Shown: positions 1-9,860 of the stretch, piece by piece
Layout: each line of letters begins with the position of its first letter
How positions within the stretch are numbered: the stretch's first letter is position 1
From: a virus
Virus record (IMG/VR): IMGVR_UViG_3300023180_000001
Direction: 5' to 3' (one strand)
DNA: 64,000 nucleotides
Translations under genes and position numbers: made by a program
Notes under the pieces: generated by a model
Seen by the model: only the letters and a program-made list of their open reading frames with translations
Told to the model about the DNA's origin: nothing
Databases searched by the model: none

Positions 1-247
1 ACTCCGAACCATCCTCTCGCTCGTGTGTTGAGTAATCATTTGGATTATCCCTCACAATATACGGCCCAACAAATGATTCCTGCTTTACGATGGCTGCAAG
101 TGTAAGCCCTAAGTCCTCACTGTAGCCAACCTCATAGGCCAGCTTCAGAATGTTCTCCTGTTCAGGTGTGTAGACCCGGCATTCAGTTTCCTTAGCAAAG
201 CTGAAGGTTGTTACCATGGCAAGCATGAGAGCTACGATTGACTTCAT
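1..247 (-). CDS. partial CDS (N-terminal part; runs off the window start): secreted protein, possibly lytic-transglycosylase-like
   Basis: The reverse-strand ATG is at 245-247. The product starts with a signal-like MKSIVALMLAMVTTFSFA, then ...AAIVKQESF.... The frame is open to the window edge. Confidence 0.4.
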   Translation of the reverse strand, partial: MKSIVALMLAMVTTFSFAKETECRVYTPEQENILKLAYEVGYSEDLGLTLAAIVKQESFVGPYIVRDNPNDYSTHEREDGSE

Positions 248-508
248 CTAATCCTCCTCTTTTGGTTTCTTTTTAGTTTTGATGAAAGAGGCTCCATTAT
301 GGCACACAATTTCACGTTTGTCACTAAAAAGTTTAATATGTTTCACTCCTCGGTTTTGATCACATACACGCTTGGCGTTATAGATGTCGCGACCAGAAAT
401 TGAAAGCTCCTTGTAATAAATGTTTGCACTGATCCACACGAGAGTAGATAGCAGGAAAACACAGATTGCCAGAGCCACAGAGTTCTTCATAGTACCTCCT
501 TGTTTCAT
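248..508 (-). CDS. small membrane protein, hypothetical
   Basis: 86-aa ORF with one hydrophobic segment (VALAICVFLLSTLVWISANIY). It is tightly packed against its neighbours. Confidence 0.5.
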   Translation of the reverse strand: MKQGGTMKNSVALAICVFLLSTLVWISANIYYKELSISGRDIYNAKRVCDQNRGVKHIKLFSDKREIVCHNGASFIKTKKKPKEED

Positions 509-738
509 CGATACACCCGTACATAGGTTACAGCACGGGTATATCCATCCTTGTAAACCCTAAACTCGCAGTCTAGGGAGTTTCCTTCCCAGATCTGGAA
601 TAAATACTCTTGGACAGGCCCGTCAACTAAGCCTCCTGTCACATGAGCAAACTCAGACCTCTCTTTCACCCGCCTCTCAAGTTCAGAGTGGAAGGTGCTT
701 ATTTGTTGATGCTCATCATCTGTAAAGTTATTGATCAT
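505..738 (-). CDS. hypothetical protein
   Basis: 77-aa ORF with a 4-nt start/stop overlap with the neighbouring gene. Confidence 0.5.
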   Translation of the reverse strand: MINNFTDDEHQQISTFHSELERRVKERSEFAHVTGGLVDGPVQEYLFQIWEGNSLDCEFRVYKDGYTRAVTYVRVYR

Positions 739-1012
739 TAGGTCCCTCCTTTAAACGGGTAGCTGTCGGGGTGTAATCCACAAGTTCTTTAGGTAGTTGG
801 TTCCACTGGTTGTCTTCCATGAACTTAGCTATTTGGGTTCTAGCTTTGTTAAAATCACCTTCGTGAAATAACTTATTAGTTGAGTTATCCTCACGCTTGA
901 TATAGGTATTAAAGAAGAACTGCCCTAACCGTTGGCCAGCCCCCACTTGGTAATAGCGATGTACAACTTCATCAATCAACGGCATATTTCCTCCTGTGGT
1001 TATTACCACCAA
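728..1012 (-). CDS. hypothetical protein
   Basis: 94-aa ORF downstream of the minus-strand promoter at 1075-1103. Confidence 0.5.
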   Translation of the reverse strand: MVVITTGGNMPLIDEVVHRYYQVGAGQRLGQFFFNTYIKREDNSTNKLFHEGDFNKARTQIAKFMEDNQWNQLPKELVDYTPTATRLKEGPNDQ

Positions 1013-1074
1013 ACAACAATTAATGTACTTAAGGGTTGTACCTTAAGGTTTGTTTAAAATTTAAGTTGGTATTT

Positions 1075-1103
1075 AGTTTAGTAGATACCAACCTTTATGT
1101 CAA
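1075..1103 (-). promoter_or_regulatory. sigma70-type promoter (TTGACA-17-TAAACT)
   Basis: Minus strand reads agggTTGACAtaaaggttggtatctacTAAACTaa. Confidence 0.5.
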
Positions 1104-1199
1104 CCCTTAAATGATTAAGCTTATTGATTGCCAATATGTGAACTGAAAGTCCCTTTAACAATCAGGAAAACCATAGAGTTATACCTTTATAGCATACTT

Positions 1200-1433
1200 T
1201 TAACTATTTGTCAAGACTTTCTCTTTTAATTCTTCAAGTGTGTGAGCCAAGGCTCGGTATTGGGACCCTTGTAAGGATTTAATGACGGAGATACCAGACT
1301 CGGTATGCTTCATCTGGATAGACCACATGGTTGTAGATACTACCCCGGTTGAATTCAGAGGGGAGATGGTATACTCAACCTCTCCAAAGCCATCTACTGT
1401 CATGGTAGCCGATGCATTCATAATAGTTGTCAT
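1200..1433 (-). CDS. hypothetical protein
   Basis: 77-aa ORF overlapping the stop of the upstream gene. Confidence 0.5.
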   Translation of the reverse strand: MTTIMNASATMTVDGFGEVEYTISPLNSTGVVSTTMWSIQMKHTESGISVIKSLQGSQYRALAHTLEELKEKVLTNS

Positions 1434-1834
1434 TTCAATTTCTCCTTGATTATCATTTGAGCCATCTTCATATCGACACGATCACCGTGGTTTTTCTTAA
1501 GGTAACCCATTATAGGTCCCATTCCCTTCGATAAATCCTGACCATCGATGATGCTTTCCAATTCGCTAATGGTGTAGGTCTTAGGTAGGTACAATTTAAG
1601 GATATCTAGTTCCTTAGATTCATCTAAGCTTAGACCGCCCTTAGCATTACCTGTATCCTCCAGACCTTTGATGAATTTCTTCACAAGGGCTACCGTTGAG
1701 TAGTTCTTAGCCTGCTTACTCTTAAGGATATTATCAGCCTCCCCCACTAATGTGGTAAGAAGTGTAGCCTTAACGCTGTCCTTCTCACGACGTGCAACCA
1801 TACGGTCTTTCTTAATCTGTTCTAATAGTTCCAT
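1430..1834 (-). CDS. GatB/YqeY-domain protein
   Basis: 134 aa. The N-terminal pattern (KKDRMVARREKD..KATLLTTLVGE) and the C-terminal MGPIMGYLKKNHGDRVD...IIKEKL resemble the YqeY family as I recall it. Confidence 0.55.
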   Translation of the reverse strand: MELLEQIKKDRMVARREKDSVKATLLTTLVGEADNILKSKQAKNYSTVALVKKFIKGLEDTGNAKGGLSLDESKELDILKLYLPKTYTISELESIIDGQDLSKGMGPIMGYLKKNHGDRVDMKMAQMIIKEKLK

Positions 1835-1917
1835 TTATTTACCTCACTCTTCTGTTTTGATTATTAACTCCTAGAAGTTACAACCAGAATACATACAAAT
1901 TATTTTAAAGTCAACAC

Positions 1918-1946
1918 TTGACGGGAGATTATTTTGTGTGTATAGT
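1918..1946 (+). promoter_or_regulatory. sigma70-type promoter (TTGACG-17-TATAGT)
   Basis: The sequence reads acacTTGACGggagattattttgtgtgTATAGTac, in a divergent intergenic region. Confidence 0.6.
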
Positions 1947-1982
1947 ACTCCCATCTTAATCGGAAACCATCAGGAGATGCCA

Positions 1983-2405
1983 ATGATGCCAACAGAATTA
2001 GAAACACTACGTGCATGGCTTTCAGTGCTTAAGGACAATCTAATCAACGCTGGAGGGTATTGCAGGCTACTTTATGATGCACCGAGCGAGCATCCCTTCT
2101 TAATTCCAATCTATGAGTCAGTTCTAAAGGATCTCGGAGTGAAGCTACCATCAGATTCGTGGTACTTAGATGAGTATGGGGGTATTTGCAATCTACCTTA
2201 CGCACTTAATTACCCTGTTGAGGAGGTATGTGAGAAGTTCTTCCCAGATACATATTGGGAGGAATCCTACGATGAGTTGGGACCGTGCAATTCTCTCTGT
2301 AGTGATAATCTCCCAGAGATGCAGTTTATAGCTGTACGTTATTTCTTTGGTGTCTGGGTTCAAACAGCTATTGAAGATCGGATTAAGGAGCTTGACAATG
2401 AGTAA
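1983..2405 (+). CDS. hypothetical protein
   Basis: The ORF-track GTG start at 1938 lies inside the -10 box of the promoter at 1918-1946. I trimmed the start to the ATG after AGGAG. Confidence 0.5.
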   Translation: MMPTELETLRAWLSVLKDNLINAGGYCRLLYDAPSEHPFLIPIYESVLKDLGVKLPSDSWYLDEYGGICNLPYALNYPVEEVCEKFFPDTYWEESYDELGPCNSLCSDNLPEMQFIAVRYFFGVWVQTAIEDRIKELDNE

Positions 2406-2460
2406 ATCATACGGTAAAGTAGGTAGCATTCAAGATCAATGGAAAGAGGAGGTTAGCTCT

Positions 2461-2808
2461 ATGAAAATCACAGTTGGCTTAATAGCCTTAATCGTATTCA
2501 CCGTCTTCGCTGATGACTCTAATGCATTCAGCCTCCGAGAGATGGAGTTGCAGGACTATGCAAACTACCTTGAGCAACCCCTCGTGTGTTCAGCTATTGG
2601 GCAGACCAATAAGGATGTAGCTAAATTAGCTAAGGAGATTAATAGTGACCTCCAGATGAGAGCCAAGAAGGTCAAAGAGAATACATCCCCTATAGAGTAC
2701 CAGTACGTAATTCGTGTGGTTAAGGGTAAGGCCCATACCCGGTTGCGTTACTTCTACGAGGATGACCTAGGTAAGTGCAAAGCGATGTACACAGAAACTT
2801 TCATTTAA
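2461..2808 (+). CDS. secreted protein, hypothetical
   Basis: GAGGAGG RBS followed by the signal peptide MKITVGLIALIVFTVFA. An alternative start at 2398 also has an RBS. Confidence 0.5.
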   Translation: MKITVGLIALIVFTVFADDSNAFSLREMELQDYANYLEQPLVCSAIGQTNKDVAKLAKEINSDLQMRAKKVKENTSPIEYQYVIRVVKGKAHTRLRYFYEDDLGKCKAMYTETFI

Positions 2809-2811
2809 CAC

Positions 2812-2839
2812 TTGACTTTTGTATTGGAGTATGCATAAT
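2812..2839 (+). promoter_or_regulatory. sigma70-type promoter (TTGACT-16-CATAAT)
   Basis: The sequence reads acacTTGACTtttgtattggagtatgCATAATac. Confidence 0.55.
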
Positions 2840-2873
2840 ACTATTAAAAGGTCCCAACGGAGGATAAATAGAT

Positions 2874-3092
2874 ATGAACCGACAAATAGAGCGAGCCATT
2901 AGAAAAAGAACCGGGTACAAGGGAGTTAAGGTGAGTGCTAGGGGTGGTGTATGTCGATTCTACTCAGATGAGGATCAAGAGATAGATATGATAACTTGGG
3001 ATGCTGTTTATGTTCCTAGATTGAACTGCATGACCCCGCAAGAATGGGCTATTGAATTTAGTGAAATGTTAGAGCTGTTTGAGGATAAATAG
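2874..3092 (+). CDS. hypothetical protein
   Basis: 72-aa ORF with a GGAGGA RBS, downstream of the promoter at 2812-2839. Confidence 0.5.
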   Translation: MNRQIERAIRKRTGYKGVKVSARGGVCRFYSDEDQEIDMITWDAVYVPRLNCMTPQEWAIEFSEMLELFEDK

Positions 3093-3148
3093 GTATGAAG
3101 ACGATGCATAGCTTTTTATCATGGATTTATTCATAGGAGGGGAAAGAG

Positions 3149-3343
3149 ATGAAAAAACTAATTCCATTAATACTGATTATGATTATTTCTGGGTGTGGGG
3201 AATATATCCCAACTACGGTTTTTGAGATAGAAACAAAGGATGGCCAGATTATTAAGTTGGCGTGCCCTGTTGTCGACCCATACAGAAGCAAGTTTACGTA
3301 TCTTATTGATACTCAATGTGTAATTCATAAAGAGAGAGGATAA
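3149..3343 (+). CDS. lipoprotein
   Basis: Signal peptide with lipobox (LILIMIISGC) and a GGAGGGG RBS. Confidence 0.6.
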   Translation: MKKLIPLILIMIISGCGEYIPTTVFEIETKDGQIIKLACPVVDPYRSKFTYLIDTQCVIHKERG

Positions 3344-3571
3344 ATGGATATGAAAAGATATTCGATAGATGAAGAGTTTCATGGTCTTGGTGTAATGGTG
3401 GGAGACCCGTCTGGCGATTATGTAAAACAGGAGGATGCGCAGAGGCTAGTTGAGCTTAATAAGGGGTTGGTGAATGCTTTGGAATCAATAATCAAAATCG
3501 CATTCATTCCGCCTAGGGATGGTGAAGAAGCTTATAAATTAATACGTAAAGCCAAGGGGCTAAACCAATGA
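3344..3571 (+). CDS. hypothetical protein
   Basis: 75-aa ORF directly abutting the previous stop codon. Confidence 0.5.
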   Translation: MDMKRYSIDEEFHGLGVMVGDPSGDYVKQEDAQRLVELNKGLVNALESIIKIAFIPPRDGEEAYKLIRKAKGLNQ

Positions 3572-3840
3572 TTAAGAAAGAAGATATTAAGAGCTGGGTA
3601 GGTAGCAACTATGATATGCGCCTATTAATCGAAGCGTTGCAAGACGGTGACTACGGGGTTCTCATTAACCTCATACACGACTGCATTACAGAGTTTGGGC
3701 AGGATAAGTGGGATTTACTAGATGATTACCATAATGAGCTTCTAGCGGCTACTAAAAGTATTTTTCACCCGCACTTTGAAGGTGTAAAAGGCGTATTTGA
3801 ATCCCGCAATAACAGACCGGAGCTACCTAATGATAAATAA
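3568..3840 (+). CDS. hypothetical protein
   Basis: 90-aa ORF with an ATGA start/stop overlap. Confidence 0.5.
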   Translation: MIKKEDIKSWVGSNYDMRLLIEALQDGDYGVLINLIHDCITEFGQDKWDLLDDYHNELLAATKSIFHPHFEGVKGVFESRNNRPELPNDK

Positions 3841-3873
3841 GATTACCCTGCTATACAAAATGGAGCGTGCCAA

Positions 3874-4413
3874 ATGAAACTAACCAAGCAACAAATAAGT
3901 GAAGAAGAAATAAAAGAGTTAAGAGAAGCCTTTGATTACGATGAGGAAACAGGTGAGTTTTATTGGGCCAAGCCTAGATCGAATAGTTGCAAAAAGGGCC
4001 AGAAAGCAGATTCTATTGATAAACTTGGATACCACATACTAAAACTTAACTGGAAGAGGTTTAAGGCTCATAGGGTGGCTATGGCATTTAAGGGGGTTGA
4101 TGTTAATGGGAGGCAAATAGACCACATAAATGGAATTAGGCATGACAATAGAATTGAAAATCTTAGAGTTGTTACTCAAAAAGAAAACTCAAAAAACAGA
4201 AGAATGGCTAAAAATAATAGCTCAGGTGTTACTGGTGTTTATTTCTGCAAGATTATGAATATGTGGAACCCAAGAATAACAGTTGACAGAAAGAGGCTTA
4301 ATCTTGGCTACTATCACGACAAAGAAAAAGCCATTGAGCTGAGAAAGTTCGCAGAAGAAGTCTGTGGATTCCATGAGAATCACGGGTCAAATATAAAACC
4401 ATGGTATATCTAA
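3874..4413 (+). CDS. HNH homing endonuclease with AP2-type DNA-binding domain
   Basis: It has the HNH_3 motif (HRVAMAF...IDHINGIRHDNRIENLRVVTQKENSKN) followed by an AP2-like segment (SGVTGVY...W.PRI...R..LGYY...E.A). Confidence 0.85.
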   Translation: MKLTKQQISEEEIKELREAFDYDEETGEFYWAKPRSNSCKKGQKADSIDKLGYHILKLNWKRFKAHRVAMAFKGVDVNGRQIDHINGIRHDNRIENLRVVTQKENSKNRRMAKNNSSGVTGVYFCKIMNMWNPRITVDRKRLNLGYYHDKEKAIELRKFAEEVCGFHENHGSNIKPWYI

Positions 4414-4533
4414 AGGTGGGTGTATGAGTAGCTTTTATGAAAATCATTTTATTCACGGGCTGATGATGACCTACTATCGCGTCAATTCTTGCCACAATTT
4501 TGAAGCAGTAAGATCGACTCAGTTGGAGTTTTA

Positions 4534-4755
4534 ATGAAATACCTAAGACAAGAGGACAACCGCTTTATCTTTGAGGATGGTGGGGAGGAATTGTCATCAA
4601 CCAATCTAATAGGGGTTGAGGTTGGAATATCCTATAAGAAAATATTGGTTTGGGCTGATTTTGACGTTGACCTATGCGGAAGGATTGAGCCATACAAAGA
4701 AATCCAAACAGCAGTACAAATGATGACGATATTAAAAGAGGAGGGGATGATTTGA
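4534..4755 (+). CDS. hypothetical protein
   Basis: 73-aa ORF. Confidence 0.45.
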   Translation: MKYLRQEDNRFIFEDGGEELSSTNLIGVEVGISYKKILVWADFDVDLCGRIEPYKEIQTAVQMMTILKEEGMI

Positions 4756-4934
4756 GCAGTATGGGTGAATGGGAGGCAGTGGAATCATTCGTTATGGACT
4801 GTGTGAATGATCCCTCTATCCTATCAGAGGATAATATGGTAGAGATGCCTAGAGATATTGAAACTAAAGAACAATTCGATGAATGGATTGAGCACGTAGA
4901 TTCAGAACTTGAGGAGACTAGAGGGTATGAATGA
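4752..4934 (+). CDS. small highly acidic protein
   Basis: 60 aa, about one third Asp/Glu. It overlaps both neighbouring genes. Confidence 0.45.
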   Translation: MSSMGEWEAVESFVMDCVNDPSILSEDNMVEMPRDIETKEQFDEWIEHVDSELEETRGYE

Positions 4935-5152
4935 CAGATGGTGATAAGCAGGATTACATCTGCATTGAAGCTGAACAAGATGCTGAAGTCTGGCTAGAGA
5001 CTGAGTGGGATTACCTAGATGAGATAGGAATCGCAATACTAAATCCCTCTGGACATACGACAGCATCCTTGACAAGGCAACAATTAGATGTTTTAATTGA
5101 GAATCTCACTGAGTTGAGAAACAAAGATAACCCAAAACTAATATTACATTAG
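4931..5152 (+). CDS. small acidic protein
   Basis: 73-aa ORF. Confidence 0.45.
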   Translation: MTDGDKQDYICIEAEQDAEVWLETEWDYLDEIGIAILNPSGHTTASLTRQQLDVLIENLTELRNKDNPKLILH

Positions 5153-5161
5153 GAGTCAGTA

Positions 5162-6934
5162 TTGGGATACGTGAAGGAAGAGTATCAGAAAAAGGTTAAG
5201 CCAGTGACTCCTCAGGAGACACTAGAAGAGGTTTTAACTTATCCAATCAAAGGTTTCGCTGACCGTGGGATAACAACCAAAACAGCACAACACTTCGGTG
5301 TGCGAACTAAACTAAGCAGTGCAGACGGAGTGACACCAATAGCTATCTATTTCCCATACACGGAAATACAAGAAGATGGCTCAAGAAAAACAGTAGGCTT
5401 TAAGAAAAGAGACCTTACTAAAAATAAGAAAGATCGTGGATATTTCACCACCATAGGTAATGTGTCTAAGGAATCTGTGGACCTATTTGGTACAGATTGT
5501 GGTAACACAACAGGCGGTAAAAAGATCATGATAACGGAGGGAGAATTTGATGCCATGATTGTGTATCAAGTTCTTAAGGATAAATACTCTAAATCCAACC
5601 CAACGGTAGTATCTATCGGGTTTGGTACGGCTAATGCTGTTGGACATCTAGGTCAGAAGCATGTACAGAAGTTCTTACGTAAATTCAAAGAGACAATCGT
5701 AGGGTTTGATAACGATTGTGCTACACCTGAGGAACGTAAGAAGGGGATCATGAAAGGTCAGGAAGCAACCCACGCTGTGTATGGCCTAATGCCAGACATC
5801 ATGGTGGCACACTTACCTGAGGGACAAGATCCATGTGATATGTTCAAACGTGAAGGTTCAGAGCAACTATACTGGGCATTCATGTCACCTAAGAAGTTTA
5901 CACCTGAAGGTTTCATTCAGTTTAGTGATATCCGTGAAAAAGCTATGGAGTTGCCAACTATTGGGCGACCTTGGCCATGGCCCACTATGACGAAGAAAAC
6001 CCTAGGCAGGCGTGAAGGCGAGGGGTATTACATCGGTGCTGGTGTTAAGATGGGTAAGTCAACTTTCCTCGATCAACTGTGTGAGTTCATTATCACCAAT
6101 GAGAAGGATGTAGATGGTAACCCACAGAAGGTAGCACTCTTTAAGTTCGAGGAACAGCCTGATGAGACCCTGAAGAAGTTAGCCGGTAAGTTCTATCGTA
6201 AGGATTTCTCTAACCCTGAGAAGATATTGTTTATCGATCAAGAGGGTAACGAGGTAGATATTTGGGGCAACCCTATACTAGATAGCTCTACGTTCTACAC
6301 CCAAGGTGATCTGATGCAGGCAGTGGACGATGTGGGCCCTAACGTTATCTTGTATAACAACTATGGTCGATGCCACTGGGATGAACTGAAAGGTGCTATC
6401 CGACATGCTGTACTGGTTGAGAAGGTGAAGGATATCTTTATTGATCCTATCACACGATTGACTGCAGGTATGAACGCCTCAGAGGCTAACACCGAGTTAG
6501 AGACCTTCTCGGATGAGATCAGTAAGATGGCTAAGGACTTAGGGTTCACCTTCTACTGCTTCTGTCACTTGAAGGCTCCAGAGAAAGGTGCACCCCATGA
6601 GCAGGGAGGGAAGGTATTCTCCAGTCAGTTCCGTGGATCCCGGGCTATGATGCAATCTTGTTATTATACTTGTGGTATCGAGGGCAACAAAGATCCAGAG
6701 TTACCAATCAAGGAGCAGAACACCCGCTACCTGAGCATACTGGATGACCGTAAACACGGTAGAACCTGTAAGTTCCCAGTTTTCTATGATGAGGATACTG
6801 GTAGTTTCCTAGAGCCTCCTGAGGGCTTCCTAGAGAGCGATTGCCAGACACTGGCCCAATTCTATAACGGAGGGTCAAACATCTCTCAGACAGAGTTTGA
6901 GGAGCATACAGAGCCATTTGAACCAGATTTCTAA
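5162..6934 (+). CDS. bifunctional DNA primase/helicase (T7 gp4-like)
   Basis: It has a TOPRIM-like motif (ITEGEFDAMIV...GFDND) and a Walker A motif (GAGVKMGKST). The start is TTG after AGGAG. Confidence 0.85.
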   Translation: MGYVKEEYQKKVKPVTPQETLEEVLTYPIKGFADRGITTKTAQHFGVRTKLSSADGVTPIAIYFPYTEIQEDGSRKTVGFKKRDLTKNKKDRGYFTTIGNVSKESVDLFGTDCGNTTGGKKIMITEGEFDAMIVYQVLKDKYSKSNPTVVSIGFGTANAVGHLGQKHVQKFLRKFKETIVGFDNDCATPEERKKGIMKGQEATHAVYGLMPDIMVAHLPEGQDPCDMFKREGSEQLYWAFMSPKKFTPEGFIQFSDIREKAMELPTIGRPWPWPTMTKKTLGRREGEGYYIGAGVKMGKSTFLDQLCEFIITNEKDVDGNPQKVALFKFEEQPDETLKKLAGKFYRKDFSNPEKILFIDQEGNEVDIWGNPILDSSTFYTQGDLMQAVDDVGPNVILYNNYGRCHWDELKGAIRHAVLVEKVKDIFIDPITRLTAGMNASEANTELETFSDEISKMAKDLGFTFYCFCHLKAPEKGAPHEQGGKVFSSQFRGSRAMMQSCYYTCGIEGNKDPELPIKEQNTRYLSILDDRKHGRTCKFPVFYDEDTGSFLEPPEGFLESDCQTLAQFYNGGSNISQTEFEEHTEPFEPDF

Positions 6935-6946
6935 GAGGAGGAGTTG

Positions 6947-9232
6947 ATGGATGGTTATTGGGTACTAGATACCGAGGGTGATGACCTCTTAGATGGTATT
7001 ACTAAGTTCCATTGTATTGTTTTTAAACGATACAAGAAGGATGAATGGGTAATCTTATTAGATCCTAACCATCCTGAATACAAGGAAGCTCTCCTGTTCA
7101 TTGAGAGCAGTGATATTAAGGCCAGAGTATTGCCTTTGGATCACCTTGATGACTTCCTGAGCTGGTCTGATGTTAAGTCTGTAGCGTGTCACAACCTACA
7201 TGGCTACGATGTACCAGCTTTTAAGAAGCTTAAACTGGTTGAGGATTTCGATATGTGTCCTCAGTCAATCAATGGCCATGAGATCAAGATGATCGATACA
7301 CTGTCAGTTAGTCGTGCGTTGTGGCCTGACAGACCTCTCCCTAGAGGTTGCCCTACCCATGTCTTTAACCCGGTGACGGGTAAGAAGGATATGGTAGGCC
7401 CTCACGGCTTGATGGCATGGGGTTACCGGGTAGCTAACATGAAGCCTACAGTCCATGACTGGAGGGATCAACCACTGGTGACTTACCTTGATCGTTGTAT
7501 TGAGGATGTTAAGATCAATGATCTAACACTGACAGCCCTGTTCAATGAAGCAGGTAAAGCTGCTAAGGGCGGTAGTTGGTCTGAGGCCCTTAAGCTAAAC
7601 AATAAGTGTGACTGGTTGATGGAGAAGCAATTCCGTGATGGCATCCTATTTGATCAAGAGTTCGCTGTAGAACTTCGTGATCGTATTGATCGAATGATGG
7701 AGGATATCGAGAAGGAGATTGAGCCAAGGCTCCCCCCAAGGGAAATGCCTAAGAGTCAACGTCCTAACTTCCCAGCTAATCCTTTCAAAGGTGATGGGTC
7801 TATTAGTGCGGATGGTTGGAAGTGGCTTAAGCGCCTAGGCTATGAGGTGGATGACGAAGCTCTTAACTTCAAGCCACCACCTAAGACAGCTTTCAAGAAC
7901 AACGGGGAGCTATCAGCTAATGGTCGTAAGTACTGCATCAATAATGGTGTTGTTGACGAGGCTAAGATGCCCGACTTTATCCGTGGATGCCTGAAGAAGG
8001 GTGTGGAATTCAAACCACTACCTGATGATGAGATGGAGAAAGCACGTAAGGATCTACAGAACAAGGTAGAGCCTAGCTGGTTAGTACCAATGAAGATTGC
8101 TAACCAAAAAGATATCAAGGAGTATTTGGTTGAGCACGAGGGATGGAGACCTACTATTTGGGGGACCAAGGATGCTACTCGTGATGCATTCAAGAAAGAG
8201 TATCCTAAAGAAGTTCAGGTACAGAAGCTAAGGGACTACATACAGGAAGTTAGAAACTCTGTGTACATGGATCAGATCTCAGATGAGATGGATATAAACT
8301 TCTGCGATGATATTGAGGATCGTATCCTTGATAAGCTTAAGCGTCAGGCTAGATACCTAGTCACAACCCCTAAGTTTAAAGATGAGAAGGGTGACCTGTG
8401 CCCATCTATTGAGATGTTGGATGGTGAGCTGGCCAAGGCAATCGTTAAGTGGCTATCACTTCGTAATCGTAGGTCTGTTATCCAGACCAAAGATGAGAAG
8501 AAAGATACAGGTTGGTTGAACAATCCACGTCTAGCAGTTGATGGTCGTATTGGTCAGGGCTTCGGTGGTGTGACAAACACAAACCGTTATAAGCACCGGG
8601 AAATTGTTAACCTTCCAAAGGCAGATCCATCAGTCTTGCTTGGTCATGAGATGCGTAGTTGTTTCATAGCACCGAAGGGTTACAAGATCCTAGGTTATGA
8701 TGGATCTAACCTTGAGCAGTTCGTAGCAGCAAGTTATGCCTTTAGGTATGACAATGGGGACTATGCTCGCAAGCTTGGTTGGGGATTAGCTGAAGGTGAA
8801 GAACCTATCGATGCCCACACCGAGAATGCTAAAGCGTACTCACGAGCAGCTGGGCGGGAGGTGACACGTTCATCAGGTAAGAACATTACTTATGCTGTTC
8901 TCTACGGAGCACAGGCTAAGAAGATTGCCAAGATGCTAGGTATCTCTCGTAGGAATGCACAGAAAGTAATTGATGCGTTCTGGGACTCGAACATGGGCCT
9001 TAAGAAATTAAGGGATAACCTAGAGGCGTACTGGACTTCAACAGATAAGCGATACATCCGGGGTATTGATGGTCGTAAGATCTACACCCGTAGTAAGCAC
9101 AGCTTGGTTAATGCACTCTTCCAGAGTTGCGGTAGTTTAATCATGATGTTATCTGGGTGCTTTATGTATGACATGTTGGCAAGACGTGGACTACTTAAAA
9201 ACGGTAAGGTTACAAGATTAGCATTTGTCCAT
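6947..9232 (+). CDS. DNA polymerase, family A, exon 1
   Basis: Exo I motif VLDTEGDD, motif A (YDGSNLEQF) and motif B (R..SGKNITYAVLYG) are present. The reading frame leaves motif C after ..LAFVH at 9232. Confidence 0.85.
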
Positions 9233-9487
9233 AGAGATCATTGTGGACACTGGGAGCGATCCCAGTTAAATAAATCAGGTGAATTCAGGGAAACCCTAGC
9301 ATTAAGTTGAGGGCAATCCTGAGCCAAGCCCCAGAGTGGGAAGGTGCAGAGACTACCTGAGCTTTAGCGATAAGGCTTAATAACAGGAAGTATCTGGGAG
9401 GTAATAACCCAGAGAAACAGCGCCTGACTCTCCGTGAGGAGATGATGATATAGTCCGACACTTCTAGTAATAGAAGAATACAGAGAG
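9233..9487 (+). mobile_element. ORF-less group I intron in the DNA polymerase gene
   Basis: Exon 1 ends in U (9232). P1 pairs exon UGUCCAU (9226-9232) with GUGGACA (9243-9249), including the U.G pair at the splice site. P10 pairs UCAUU (9238-9242) with exon 2 GAUGA (9488-9492). The last intron base, 9487, is G. Splicing restores VH|DE. Confidence 0.8.
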
Positions 9488-9742
9488 GATGAGTACCAAT
9501 ATCAGGTACACGAATCGCTAATCGAGACCAAGGTGTTTGATACCAAAGAGGAGGCTAAAGCTTATAGTGATGGTCGCCTATGGTCAAACCCGAAAGAAGT
9601 AAATGGTAAGTGGGAGAAATACTATTGTATCGTTGGTGAGCTAGGAGATAAGAGTCTTCAGATGGCTGGCAAACACTATAATATGGCCCTCCCATTTAAT
9701 GCAGCCTACGATGTAGGTAACAATTTAGCAGAAACTCACTAA
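9488..9742 (+). CDS. DNA polymerase, family A, exon 2
   Basis: It begins DEYQYQV, completing the motif C VHDE. It ends ..GNNLAETH, like the Pol I family C-terminus. Confidence 0.75.
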   Translation, partial: DEYQYQVHESLIETKVFDTKEEAKAYSDGRLWSNPKEVNGKWEKYYCIVGELGDKSLQMAGKHYNMALPFNAAYDVGNNLAETH

Positions 9743-9749
9743 AAAACAC

Positions 9750-9777
9750 TTGACTTTCATACGAAAGTGTGTATAAT
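9750..9777 (+). promoter_or_regulatory. sigma70-type promoter (TTGACT-16-TATAAT)
   Basis: The sequence reads acacTTGACTttcatacgaaagtgtgTATAATag, upstream of the SSB-like gene. Confidence 0.7.
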
Positions 9778-9860
9778 AGTTGGGCTTAATTGACAGAAGT
9801 TATGGAGGGAAAGCCTCCCTCTATATCAATTATAACATAACCAAAGAGGAAAGTAAAATA

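Noticed and set aside
9233-9535. The polymerase ORF tail 9233..9310 and the GTG start at 9533 for a separate 69-aa ORF.
   Set aside because: Both are by-products of the intron. The frame upstream of 9533 is open back to 9449 and contains the missing DE of motif C at 9488.
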